Positions 54,932 to 64,000 of a DNA stretch of 64,000 bases are shown one piece after another (the first letter of the stretch is position 1; every line of letters starts with the position of its first letter). The position numbers and the translations under genes were made by a program. This DNA comes from an uncultured Chloroflexia bacterium (lineage in GTDB: Bacteria; Chloroflexota; Anaerolineae; Anaerolineales; UBA4823), in contig CAWELB010000002.1 of assembly GCA_963809805.1 (NCBI GenBank), positions 449,014 through 513,013 on the forward strand. The letters run 5' to 3'. The notes under the pieces are model-generated. The model worked only from the letters and a program-made list of their open reading frames with translations. It ran no database searches and was not told the origin of the DNA.

Positions 54932-55912
54932 TCACACTTCGATCTTGGCTAAACGCCGGACCGCAAAGTTACCCGCGATGATCATAATAACTGCTCCAAT
55001 TGGAATGCACAATATTTGTGGTTCAAACAAGCGCATCATATATTCAGGATTAATAAAAAATAGGGCAGCTGCCATGGCAACCGGCATAAAAGTGAGTACA
55101 TAACTGCCAAACCTTTGCTGAGCCGTGAGCACACGCACCTCTGCGAATAATCGAACCCGCTCACGAATTGTCTCAGTAACCGCCTCCAACATAGTGACGA
55201 TATTCCCACCTACCTGCGAGTTGATGTTGATTGCAGTAACCGCCAGATAAAGATCATCATTTTCCATTCTGGCGACCAGGTTGGTGAGTGCCTGGCTTAA
55301 AGATAATCCGAGACCGATTTCATGCCGTACGCGTCGAAATTCGTCTGAGGCTGGTGCTTTCAATTCCTTACTCACTACCTCAATAGCCTGCGGCAAGCTG
55401 TACCCTGCCCTGACGGCACCTGTCATCAGGATCAGCACATCCACGAGCTGCTTCCCAAAATTCATCTGCCGTTGTGATATCGCGCGTCTCAACAATAGTT
55501 CTGGGACGAAGAACACGATCACAGCCAGACCAATCCCTGACACAACCATTCTGGAGATCAGCATACCCAGGGCGAATGCTACAATGACGCCAATTATTCG
55601 GATCAGCACAAATTCTGTCTCAGTAATCGGCCAATTTGCGCTGATTAACTGAAGGTTGAGTTTCTCAGACGCCAATCCGGATAACATATTGTTCATTCGT
55701 AGCCGCAAGCGCACCAGGCCTACGCGCCGTCTTTTTCCGATTTGGGTTATATCTGTTTCATCGGGCAAGGACACATAATTTGCCAACCGTGATCCGATAT
55801 CCTGGCCGGCGAAGAATACATCCCGTAGACCATAGATCACCAACCCATATGCCATCAGGATGATGACCACAATTCCAAGGACTACAGCGATAAGGACGGT
55901 AAAAGAGGACAT
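54932..55912 (-). CDS. tadB: Type II secretion system F-family protein (TadB-like)
   Basis: 326 aa. T2SSF core (QLVDVLILMTGAVRAGYSLPQAI) with flanking TM helices. Confidence 0.85.
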   Translation of the reverse strand: MSSFTVLIAVVLGIVVIILMAYGLVIYGLRDVFFAGQDIGSRLANYVSLPDETDITQIGKRRRVGLVRLRLRMNNMLSGLASEKLNLQLISANWPITETEFVLIRIIGVIVAFALGMLISRMVVSGIGLAVIVFFVPELLLRRAISQRQMNFGKQLVDVLILMTGAVRAGYSLPQAIEVVSKELKAPASDEFRRVRHEIGLGLSLSQALTNLVARMENDDLYLAVTAININSQVGGNIVTMLEAVTETIRERVRLFAEVRVLTAQQRFGSYVLTFMPVAMAAALFFINPEYMMRLFEPQILCIPIGAVIMIIAGNFAVRRLAKIEV

Positions 55913-55941
55913 TCAGTAAATCCTATTCCTGCTGCATGTTA

Positions 55942-57198
55942 TTATCCAAGGCGGCTTGAAGCAAGCAACAGGTCTCGATTGGCCTTGTCTCCAGGTAGGG
56001 CGACTGGCTCATGACCAGCCTCTCTCAGGTTGATCGCTACCAGGTTGCGAGCAAGTTGCTGGACGGATTTGCTGGCACTACTTCTTGGATAATAAACCAG
56101 GAATGGAATTCCCCGGTTGATACTTCGCAGTACGTTCGCCGGGTCATTAGCAATTTGATGATAAATCTGATTATGAAGGACGGCTTCGATGTCTTTAAGC
56201 TTGACCCCACCTTCTGAGCCAGCCTTATTCAGGATCATTAATATTTTTTCTGCGGGGTAAGAAAGTGACCTGCTAAGTTGTAAGAATCGGCTGGTATCAT
56301 GCAGCGATGCCAGGTCTGGTGTAGTCATCAGCAGAATTCGGTCGGTAGCATCCATTAACGTCACGGAGATATCATTCAATGGTCCGCCTGCATCCACGAC
56401 GATGTAATCATAATATCGGGAAACCCCAATAAAAATGTTATAGATATCCTCAGCCCGGATTCCCTGTGCGATCTGGGCATTCGCTGGAGCCAGCAGTACA
56501 TGGATCCCGGAAGGATGAGGGCATACTACGTCTCGAATCAAGTTCTCATCCAGGTTTGACGCATGCGGAATTAAATCGGATAGTGCATTTTGAACTTTCA
56601 AATTCAGCATCACTTCCAAATGACCAAAAAACACTTTTCCTTCGAATAAAAGCACCTTCTTTCCAGTTTCTTCAGCCAGGGCGATGGCGGTATTAGCTGC
56701 AATCGATGTGACACCTGTGCCTCCGCGCGGGCTGTAAAACGTAACCGAGCGTAGCGGGCGGGTGGCTTCTGGTAATTGCGACGGGATGTATGCCTGCGAT
56801 TGAATCCTGCGTCCTTCCAGCTCGGTCACCCTGCGCAATGTGCTGAGTAGATTGATCTGTGAAAATGGCGTGATCAAGAATGCCCGTGCTCCAGCCAACA
56901 TCACCTGCTGCGCAACCAATGGATCATTCGTGGGCAAAATTGCTACGATGGCTGCGGTAGGGAATTGGAGCGCCAGGTCATCAATAATATCCATGGTGGA
57001 TTCGCTTCCAAGCTGAGAATCCACCAGCAAGATGTCGGGCTCGGCAGCCCGTATTTGCCTTACCAACATCTCCTTGGAAGATAAAATATCTGCCAGGGTA
57101 AACTCATTTTCAATAGCAAGCGCTTCGGTGATTTGTTGCAGGGTTGCTCCGGGGTCACACAACGCGACCACTCGAATTTGTTTGTTTGCTGGGCTCAT
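55942..57198 (-). CDS. cpaE: CpaE/TadZ-like protein: receiver-like N-domain plus ParA/MinD-type ATPase
   Basis: 418 aa. REC-like region IRVVALCD...DILLVDSQL...AGARAFLITPF. Deviant Walker A region YSPRGGTGVTSIAANTAIALA. Confidence 0.8.
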   Translation of the reverse strand: MSPANKQIRVVALCDPGATLQQITEALAIENEFTLADILSSKEMLVRQIRAAEPDILLVDSQLGSESTMDIIDDLALQFPTAAIVAILPTNDPLVAQQVMLAGARAFLITPFSQINLLSTLRRVTELEGRRIQSQAYIPSQLPEATRPLRSVTFYSPRGGTGVTSIAANTAIALAEETGKKVLLFEGKVFFGHLEVMLNLKVQNALSDLIPHASNLDENLIRDVVCPHPSGIHVLLAPANAQIAQGIRAEDIYNIFIGVSRYYDYIVVDAGGPLNDISVTLMDATDRILLMTTPDLASLHDTSRFLQLSRSLSYPAEKILMILNKAGSEGGVKLKDIEAVLHNQIYHQIANDPANVLRSINRGIPFLVYYPRSSASKSVQQLARNLVAINLREAGHEPVALPGDKANRDLLLASSRLG

Positions 57199-57271
57199 GC
57201 GATCACACCTCTATTATCGATCATTAGATTTTGCATATCTTTGCCGATCAACGAATAATTCTCCCATCTTC

Positions 57272-58123
57272 CTACCTGGGAATGGTTAGATTATAGCGCT
57301 GTAATAAATATTCTTCGGTTACAGGGCTGATGTCAAACAGCTCGTTCGAAGTAGGTGAGCGCAGGACGATATCAAACTGTGCTCCGGAATCCCTGAGGTT
57401 TTTCAGTACCAATGCATCCTGTGCATTGAGTGCCAGCAAGTATGCTTTAACTGTCACATTCGCAGGGTTTGGCGTGGGTTGAGCTCCACCCTGGAGTGGA
57501 GTGCTTGAGCCGGATTCAGCCACCACTTCAACCACGGTGGCGGTTAATTGAATGCGCTGAAATGCATCAAAGGTGAACATGCGTTGAATCTGTTGTTCTT
57601 GTTGTGAGCCGGTCCCGACGCCTGGAGTGGTGAGCGTTGGGCTGACTTCTACTGACAGCGATACAAATATGTCAATATTGTCTCCGCGTTGTAAGACACC
57701 TAACCCGCTCATTAAATCGCTCGCTGGGAACGCCATCAATACCTGGTCATCTGCGATGATATATCCCACGTCATGCGAAACATTGGTTGGGTCAGCCAGA
57801 TGATGCTGCAGCACCATCTCTCCCTGGATCAAATGGGCGACGGCAATTTTACCCAGTGCAGCCTCGATCGTCTGCAGGGCATCCCGCGGTACCAGGCTCA
57901 GGGGGACTGAGGCGAGTTGAACGTCCTCGCGATTTAAAACTGCACCAACCGCCAGGTCATGGCTGGTAATGACGATATCCGTAGTCGCTTCAACGAATGG
58001 GGTTGGTTGTGCCGGGGGATTAAAGCTTTGCTTAAGCACGCGGTTAATTGCTACGATGCCGAGCCCAATCAGGCCGACACCCACAACAGCTATCAAGATT
58101 CCGATAAGCACTCGACGGTTCAA
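57272..58123 (-). CDS. cpaB: Flp pilus assembly protein CpaB/RcpC (SAF domain)
   Basis: TTG start 8 nt after the RBS aggaggg. N-terminal TM helix. ITSHDLAVGAVLNREDVQLASVP is SAF-like. C-terminal beta-rich region. Confidence 0.8.
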   Translation of the reverse strand: MNRRVLIGILIAVVGVGLIGLGIVAINRVLKQSFNPPAQPTPFVEATTDIVITSHDLAVGAVLNREDVQLASVPLSLVPRDALQTIEAALGKIAVAHLIQGEMVLQHHLADPTNVSHDVGYIIADDQVLMAFPASDLMSGLGVLQRGDNIDIFVSLSVEVSPTLTTPGVGTGSQQEQQIQRMFTFDAFQRIQLTATVVEVVAESGSSTPLQGGAQPTPNPANVTVKAYLLALNAQDALVLKNLRDSGAQFDIVLRSPTSNELFDISPVTEEYLLQRYNLTIPR

Positions 58124-58239
58124 ATTGACCCTCCTGGCCTAGTAGGTTTTAGAAACGATAGAAACCAAGGTATCTGGTGCAAATAATATACCAGATACCA
58201 GGGAAAGATTAGATTAGATTCAATTTTCACTTATATTGG

Positions 58240-59503
58240 TTACCCTGATTTCGTTAACACCACAGTAAAGACACCTGTATTATTCCATCCTCCCGGACAA
58301 CTGTGACCACCAGCGTCTAAAGTGATGAAATAACCTTCAATCGCCTTATCATTATCGTTAATTGAGTCATTTATCGATGCTGAATATTGACCATTGCACC
58401 AACCATTGGCATTATTGTTGGAAGCCCCCGGTGCTTCTGCAGTATCAAAATTACCAATTCTATGTATATTTATAGGGACGCCGGTCTGTACGCAAGTGAC
58501 ATGAAATGTTGAAAAAGAATAAATATGATAATTCGTACTACTACCAGCTATATCCAGATTAACAAGCTGTGTATAAGTGCAAAGTTCTTGCGGTTCAGTA
58601 TTTGCCTGTAATTCAGCCTCGGAAAATGGGTAATAAATATTAGGTTTTCCGTTATCACATAGATTATTAAAAACTGGCAGGATTACATCCATTCCTACTA
58701 ACGCTTTTGCAGCATCGAACACACTCGATGTAATTGCTACTTGTGAAGGCAGCCAGTCGTGGACAATGATCACCGGAAGCAAATCGATATTACCCGCTGC
58801 CACATCTGATATCCATTCTTTCAGTTCGTTGGCGCTACCACCTTGATCGCTATTCAGATCAAGCCATGCACGCGCTCCTCCAGTCATTAGTTCATCGACA
58901 CAATCGTTATTGACATCACAGTCAATTTGCTCTCCTGTATAGTCAGAAGGAAATACGCAATTCTTAGCTGCTCTTTGTTCTGGGGTATATGCATCGTAAC
59001 AAACAATATCGGAATTATCTACATAACATCCTTCAGGGATGGGACTTACTTTATCAGGATCACACTTTGGATCATGCAACTTATCTTTCTTTACTTTAAC
59101 CCAATCCTTCAGTACGTATGTGTAGACAGTATTATGGCGATCAGTTCCATAATAAGGATTGATTTTCATTTCACAGGCAGTATCTGTTCCCACGGGTGTA
59201 TAAGAATTTCCGCATGTAATTATCATCGATGCAATATTGTCTGGATCTACCAATGTCTCTGTGCCTACCTCATTAAATACCGCCGAATCGATTTGATTCA
59301 CTGTGGTTGTATCTGGTGTAAATGTGTAAGCTCGCACACCTTCGCGAGCCGCGTTGGAAATTGCGATTTAGGTAAAAAAAAGCCTGCCCTAGCTCAAATA
59401 TCCCAACGACGATCAGGACCATCAATGGTAAAACGAGTGCAAATTCAATCGTGCTCTGTCCTTGTTAGTATTGATACAAGGCTTTATTACTCCTGGTTGG
59501 CAT
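58240..59503 (-). pseudogene. TadE/TadG-like pseudopilin with large Cys-rich C-terminal domain; N-terminus disrupted
   Basis: Track ORF 58240..59337 starts at a GTG with no signal sequence. Directly upstream, in another frame, is a classical TadE prepilin N-terminus QG/QSTIEFALVLPLMVLIVVGIFELGQAFFYLN. It is preceded by ATG 59503 (MPTRSNKALYQY) but separated from it by an in-frame TAA (59467-59465). A 1-nt frame change near 59361-59381 (a T8 tract, then ctaaatc) is needed to join ...FYLN to (A)ISNAAREGVRAYTF. Confidence 0.6.
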
Positions 59504-59835
59504 GTTAATTGTATCCATTGGAACCGTGATAATATCGTTTCTCAGTGTTGCTCCCCCGATCGACGTAGGAATATTATCTTACTTCAGCTCTCTCCTCATC
59601 TACATTGATATTTCCTGTCAGAAAGTTGAACAACCTGATCCCTTGAGCTAAAAAAATTATATCATCTCAAGATTAGTAAATTACTGACAATTATGATAGG
59701 ACTATAAGAGGATTATTAAACATTCATAATTGCAAAGTGTTGTAAAATATAGGTAATCAGTTCTTATTAATCCGCTCCTAATTAAACGAATATCTGTGTA
59801 TTCTGTTACGGGATTTATTTTGAAAGGAAGGAAGC

Positions 59836-60450
59836 ATGTATTCACTGGATAGCCACAAAGAATTGTTGGATGCAGTATGGCGCTTGGCATATATTGCGGA
59901 ATTTCGTGAAGGCAGCAACCTGAACCATTTGGAGCGCATCAAGGGATTCACCCAGGTGCTCGGTCGTGGAATGGGTCTTACCCAAAATGAGGTCCAGCTT
60001 CTTTCTGCCGCCTGCCAATTGCATGATATTGGTAAAGTCGGTCTACCTGAATCAATACTGCTCCAACAAGGTCAATATTCTGAAACCGAGCTCCAAAAAA
60101 TTAAACGGCACACCACGATCGGTGCTGAGCTCTTAAGTAACTCGAACTCACCTTTATTACAAGCGGCGGAAACTATTGCCCTGAACCACCATGAACGTTG
60201 GGATGGTTCGGGTTATCCTCACGGCATCCTAGGGGATCAGATACCCCTAAGCGCCCGCATGTGTGCGATTGCGGATGTCTTCGATGCCCTAACGACCCCC
60301 CGCCCCTATAAAAAAGAGATTACTGCTGAAGATGCTTCACGCCTGATCATCGGCGCTGGCGGAACATTATTTGATCCCCAGCTGGTACAGGTATTCGAGG
60401 ATGAGCTTCAAGCGATCCTTAAGGTCAGGAAATCAGCTGAAAAACGATAA
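59836..60450 (+). CDS. HD-GYP domain protein (putative c-di-GMP phosphodiesterase)
   Basis: LHDIGKVGLP (HD) and HHERWDGSGYPHG (GYP) motifs. 204 aa, with no sensor domain. Confidence 0.88.
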   Translation: MYSLDSHKELLDAVWRLAYIAEFREGSNLNHLERIKGFTQVLGRGMGLTQNEVQLLSAACQLHDIGKVGLPESILLQQGQYSETELQKIKRHTTIGAELLSNSNSPLLQAAETIALNHHERWDGSGYPHGILGDQIPLSARMCAIADVFDALTTPRPYKKEITAEDASRLIIGAGGTLFDPQLVQVFEDELQAILKVRKSAEKR

Positions 60451-60476
60451 ATAATCACCTTCGTTGATGTGATTAT

Positions 60477-62177
60477 TTAAGGTGTGGGGGTGGCTGTCTC
60501 GCCACCAGTTGACCGGCTCGTAACCAGGTACCAGTTTGCCACGTTGTTAAAACGATCCGCTGGTTCAAGGATTGGACCGATGCTCACTCCTTGAACGTCG
60601 CTGCTCACGGCATAGGTATATACCGGGTAGAATAGCGGCAATGCGGGAAGTTCCTGGCTCCAAAGAACTTGAAAATTATTATACAGGCGTGTCCGTTCTG
60701 CCAAATCGGTGGTTATGCGCGCTTGCTCTAAATATTCACTTGCCTGACGATCATCCCAATTGGAATAATTCTGACCGCTCGAAACCTGGGTTTGGTGCCA
60801 GAATGGATAAGGATCAGGGTCTGGTGTATGTGAAAGGTTCAGATCCACCAAGGCAGCCTGGTAATTGCGCGTATCCAAATGCTCTGTGACAAGCTGATCA
60901 TACGGCAGCGGCTTTAAATTGACTTGAATTCCCAAAGCTGCCCAATTCTGCCGAATGGAATTCGCCAGGAAAGCATACTCCCTATCATCCGGGAAAAGCA
61001 GCTCGATTGTGAGGGTTGTCCCATCTTCGCTGGTCCGAATTTCTCCGCCGGTAGCCGGGATAGTAAAACCTGCTTCACGTAAAAGTGAAATTGCCTGGTT
61101 TGGGTTGTATGAATAATGTTCAATCCCATCATAATATGCCCAGGTGCCGGGGAAAATCGGTCCATCGGCCAGGATTGCCTGACCGCCTCGTAGGGTATCG
61201 ATCATTCCTTGGCGGTTGATCCCTTGCATGAGTGCCTTACGCACATTTACATCCTGGAAGAATTTCACTTCGGGGTTATCCAGGTTCAAAAGAACCATTG
61301 TCATCATGGGTAAGCGTGACGTGTAAAGGCTGAGCCCTTTCTCCGTCAACACCTTGGGCAGGATGTCTGAGGTCACATTACCGATCCCGCTAATTTCTCC
61401 AGCCTGGTAGGCAGCATAGGCAGTAATGGAATCTGGATAATAACGCAGCGCGATCTGGTCAATAAATGCAGCAGAAGAGTAGTAATCTTTGAATGCGGTA
61501 AGGACAACCCCGGTGATTTGACCATCGGTGGTGATCAGATGATCAAAACGATATGGTCCCGTGCCGATGGGTTGCAGGTTGAATGGGTCGTCGATCACCT
61601 CTGCCAGGGTCAGGTCACCCAGGAGATGTTCAGGTAGCACGCCAAAGGTCAGGTAATCAAGGAAAGGCGCATAAGGTTCAGGCAGTTTGAACTGCAGAGT
61701 CTTTTCGTCCAGACGCAGGATTTCAATTTGCTTCCAGAATTCACGCACGTCTGCCGGAATCGGAGAATCATCCGCCATCATCATTTGGATCGTGAAGATG
61801 ATGTCATCGCTCGTAACTGGCTTCCCATCATGCCAGACAGCATCGGGATTGAGCGAGAAGTTATAGATCATGCCATCCCGTGAGATTCCCCAGGATGTCG
61901 CCAGATCGGCTTGTGGTAGACCGTGATCGTCGATGCGCAGCATTCCCCGGAATAATAATCGGTCGACCTCTCGATCGGCTTCATTGTAATAATCCAACAC
62001 CGGGTTCAACCGTCTAAATACTCCGACCACACCCTCCGAATAGATCCCCCCTTCAGCGGGTTTAACTACTGGCTCGGTAATAGGTAGCAAGACGTCTGGT
62101 TTTTGGCTAAGGAGAAGGATGGAGATGGCAGCCAGCGCTATGATGGCGATCAACAACGGCCAGCGTAGTTTTTTCAT
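60477..62177 (-). CDS. ABC transporter substrate-binding protein, family 5 (peptide/nickel type)
   Basis: 566 aa. N-terminal anchor/signal. Overall SBP_bac_5-like pattern (LATSW..S.DG..Y.F.L...V.WHDG.P.T..D). No permease or ATPase genes are adjacent. Confidence 0.8.
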   Translation of the reverse strand: MKKLRWPLLIAIIALAAISILLLSQKPDVLLPITEPVVKPAEGGIYSEGVVGVFRRLNPVLDYYNEADREVDRLLFRGMLRIDDHGLPQADLATSWGISRDGMIYNFSLNPDAVWHDGKPVTSDDIIFTIQMMMADDSPIPADVREFWKQIEILRLDEKTLQFKLPEPYAPFLDYLTFGVLPEHLLGDLTLAEVIDDPFNLQPIGTGPYRFDHLITTDGQITGVVLTAFKDYYSSAAFIDQIALRYYPDSITAYAAYQAGEISGIGNVTSDILPKVLTEKGLSLYTSRLPMMTMVLLNLDNPEVKFFQDVNVRKALMQGINRQGMIDTLRGGQAILADGPIFPGTWAYYDGIEHYSYNPNQAISLLREAGFTIPATGGEIRTSEDGTTLTIELLFPDDREYAFLANSIRQNWAALGIQVNLKPLPYDQLVTEHLDTRNYQAALVDLNLSHTPDPDPYPFWHQTQVSSGQNYSNWDDRQASEYLEQARITTDLAERTRLYNNFQVLWSQELPALPLFYPVYTYAVSSDVQGVSIGPILEPADRFNNVANWYLVTSRSTGGETATPTP

Positions 62178-62297
62178 GGTTTCAATAATATCATATGCTG
62201 TAGGCTGCTATTAAAAAACAAAAAGCGCTTCAGAATAGTGACCAACCCCCTTAATAGTGGTGGTTGGCAGTGTTCCTCGACGCTCAATTGATTAATA

Positions 62298-62519
62298 TTA
62301 GGCGACTTTAACAGATACTACCGCTAAGATAAAGAACAGCACGGCCAGGGCAATGGTCACGTAAAACAAAGTCTTTTCCACACCCCTGCGCGCAGTAAAG
62401 ATGCCACCTGTATCCGCACCGGTTAAACCACCCAGACCTGCACCTTTGCTTTGTAAAATGACACTGGCGATCAATGCCACCGAAACAACGATCAAGGAAA
62501 TATCGACTACGTTACCCAC
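62298..62519 (-). CDS. secG: Preprotein translocase subunit SecG
   Basis: 73 aa, two TM helices. LQSKGAGLGGLTGA...F.ARRG.EK.L motif. Confidence 0.85.
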   Translation of the reverse strand: MGNVVDISLIVVSVALIASVILQSKGAGLGGLTGADTGGIFTARRGVEKTLFYVTIALAVLFFILAVVSVKVA

Positions 62520-62934
62520 AACCTGCCTCCGGCTAAAACTTTTTTATTTTGCTATTTTTTCTTTTCACAAATTTGACGCTTAAGCTTGCGGATTATACCT
62601 TTGGTTGGGTGAATTGTCAAACAAGATGACGGATATTCGCCGATATTAATATGAGCATCTTCCAATAATAAACAAGCAACTGCCTTCATCATTCATGATT
62701 TATTTATGCTACCCCCATCTATCGGATGTTGAGCGATCATTATTATTCACCAGATTCTACAGTTTCTTCGAATCAACTGCGCCTGATTTGTACACCATCA
62801 GCCTTAACTCATTGAATAATTTAGTGTATCGAACTACTCTGGATTCCATGTTAGGCCGCCAGTGAGAATTACATATATAATACTATCTGTATCTACCTTT
62901 GATCTACTAATTAATAATCCTGAGAGAAAAGTGA

Positions 62935-63996
62935 ATGCACGAGATCATCCTTAACCTGCATATGCATACCCGTTATTCTGATGGCGCCGGCACCCACGCA
63001 GATATCGCCGCGGCTGCCATGCAGGCAGGTTTGGATGCGGTGATCGTTACCGACCATAATGTTTTGGTGAATGGACCTGCCGGTTATAAAATCTCAGGTG
63101 ACCGACGCGTGCTCCTGATGGTAGGCGAGGAGGTCCACGACCAGGCACGGGATCCTCAAAAAAATCACCTTTTAGTGTTCGGAGCCCAGCGCGAGATGGC
63201 GACTTATGCTTACGATCCACAGCTGCTGTTGGATGCGGTGACCAGGGCAGGTGGTTTGGCGTTTATCGCTCACCCGGTCGACCCTGCAGCACCTTCCGTT
63301 CACGAAGGCGATATATCCTGGGTGGATTGGTCTGTGCGTGGGTTTACCGGTCTCGAGTTGTGGAATAGTTTCTCTGAGTTCAAACCGCGCATCAAATCCA
63401 TGTTGCACGCGGTGTATTATGTATATTTCCCACGCCGCATCGCCCGCGGACCTTTACCAGAAACCCTGCATAAATGGGACGAGTTGCTCTCGGCGGGAAA
63501 AAAGGTGGTAGCGGTTGGGGGTTCCGATGCTCACTCACACGTCATGCATCTCGGGCCATTGCGCCGGACGGTATTTCCCTACGGGTTCCATTTCCGTGCC
63601 ATCAACACACATGTATTGTTGCCGCGCCCACTTGGTATGGATGCTGCATCTGATACCAGCATGATCCTGGAAGCCCTGCGCCTGGGGCATTGCTTCATCG
63701 GTTATGACCTGCCTGCACCTACGCGTGGTTTTCGTTTCACCGCTCGTGGTCTCGACACTTCGGCTCAGATGGGCGATGAGCTCAACAGCAGGGGTGGCGT
63801 CACTATCCAGATCCGTTTACCCATGATCACTGAATGCGTATTACTTAAGGATGGCAAGCCTGTGCGTACTTGGCATAAGCATGAGCTGTGCACCTATATC
63901 GCCACCCAACCGGGGGTTTACCGGGTGGAGGTTTATATACAATACTTGGGACGCAGGCGTGGTTGGATATTTAGTAATCCGGTGTATGTCAGGTGA
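62935..63996 (+). CDS. PHP-domain metallo-phosphoesterase (CehA/McbA-like)
   Basis: N-terminal LHMHTRYSDG (HxH), TDHN, and later GGSDAHS metal-ligand motifs. Confidence 0.8.
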   Translation: MHEIILNLHMHTRYSDGAGTHADIAAAAMQAGLDAVIVTDHNVLVNGPAGYKISGDRRVLLMVGEEVHDQARDPQKNHLLVFGAQREMATYAYDPQLLLDAVTRAGGLAFIAHPVDPAAPSVHEGDISWVDWSVRGFTGLELWNSFSEFKPRIKSMLHAVYYVYFPRRIARGPLPETLHKWDELLSAGKKVVAVGGSDAHSHVMHLGPLRRTVFPYGFHFRAINTHVLLPRPLGMDAASDTSMILEALRLGHCFIGYDLPAPTRGFRFTARGLDTSAQMGDELNSRGGVTIQIRLPMITECVLLKDGKPVRTWHKHELCTYIATQPGVYRVEVYIQYLGRRRGWIFSNPVYVR

Positions 63997-64000
63997 TTTT

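Noticed and set aside
58927-59508. A 193-aa plus-strand ORF antisense to the TadE-like gene.
   Set aside because: It lies in an AT-rich region giving I/C/Y/F-rich low-complexity translation. The opposite strand carries a recognisable TadE N-terminus and a long coherent ORF.

Overview
Chromosomal window of about 58 protein genes. No rRNA gene, intact tRNA gene or CRISPR array was found. The gene content suggests a monoderm-type bacterium, possibly Chloroflexota. The basis is lipobox lipoproteins, an LCP-family protein, a T-box leader and a Tad pilus locus with no secretin; this is inference only.

Confident calls:
- Housekeeping: ileS with a T-box leader, asnA, glnA, aspA, secG and a cold-shock protein.
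- Transport: a P-type cation ATPase downstream of an ArsR-family regulator, an MFS transporter, an ABC-2 exporter operon and a family-5 solute-binding protein.
- Other enzymes and regulators: a tandem cupredoxin, a CocE/NonD hydrolase, an AlaX-type editing protein, a large AAA+/TPR/LuxR regulator, an HD-GYP protein and a PHP-domain protein.
- Pilus: a Tad/Flp-type assembly operon (cpaB, cpaE/tadZ, tadB, tadC, a TPR-LysM protein, cpaF).

Most interesting observations:
1. A thioredoxin-fold lipoprotein carries an in-frame TGA at the first Cys position of its CxxC motif (W-TGA-P-A-C). A SECIS-like hairpin follows, and a DsbD-alpha-like lipoprotein gene lies just upstream. This is a candidate selenoprotein.
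2. A translationally coupled envelope cluster combines a GT2 synthase-like protein, a GT-C (DUF2029-like) protein and two unknowns with two paralogous B12-binding radical SAM enzymes. The two radical SAM genes converge with overlapping stop codons.
3. An AT-rich GxxExxY (PD-(D/E)XK) cassette sits between the two permease genes of the ABC-2 operon. A solo copy of one flank lies 9 kb away, upstream of the csp gene.
4. A tRNA 3'-end fragment with clustered ACCCC-type inverted repeats may be a relic att site.
5. 8-nt-phased repeat tracts occur at two intergenic loci.
6. Two genes are disrupted: the S10 peptidase (frameshift near an A7G5 tract) and a TadE-like pseudopilin (in-frame TAA plus frameshift). 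Together with the TGA above, these require read-level checking for assembly error before biological interpretation.

Start codons are often uncertain. All family assignments rest on motifs read by eye, not on database searches.
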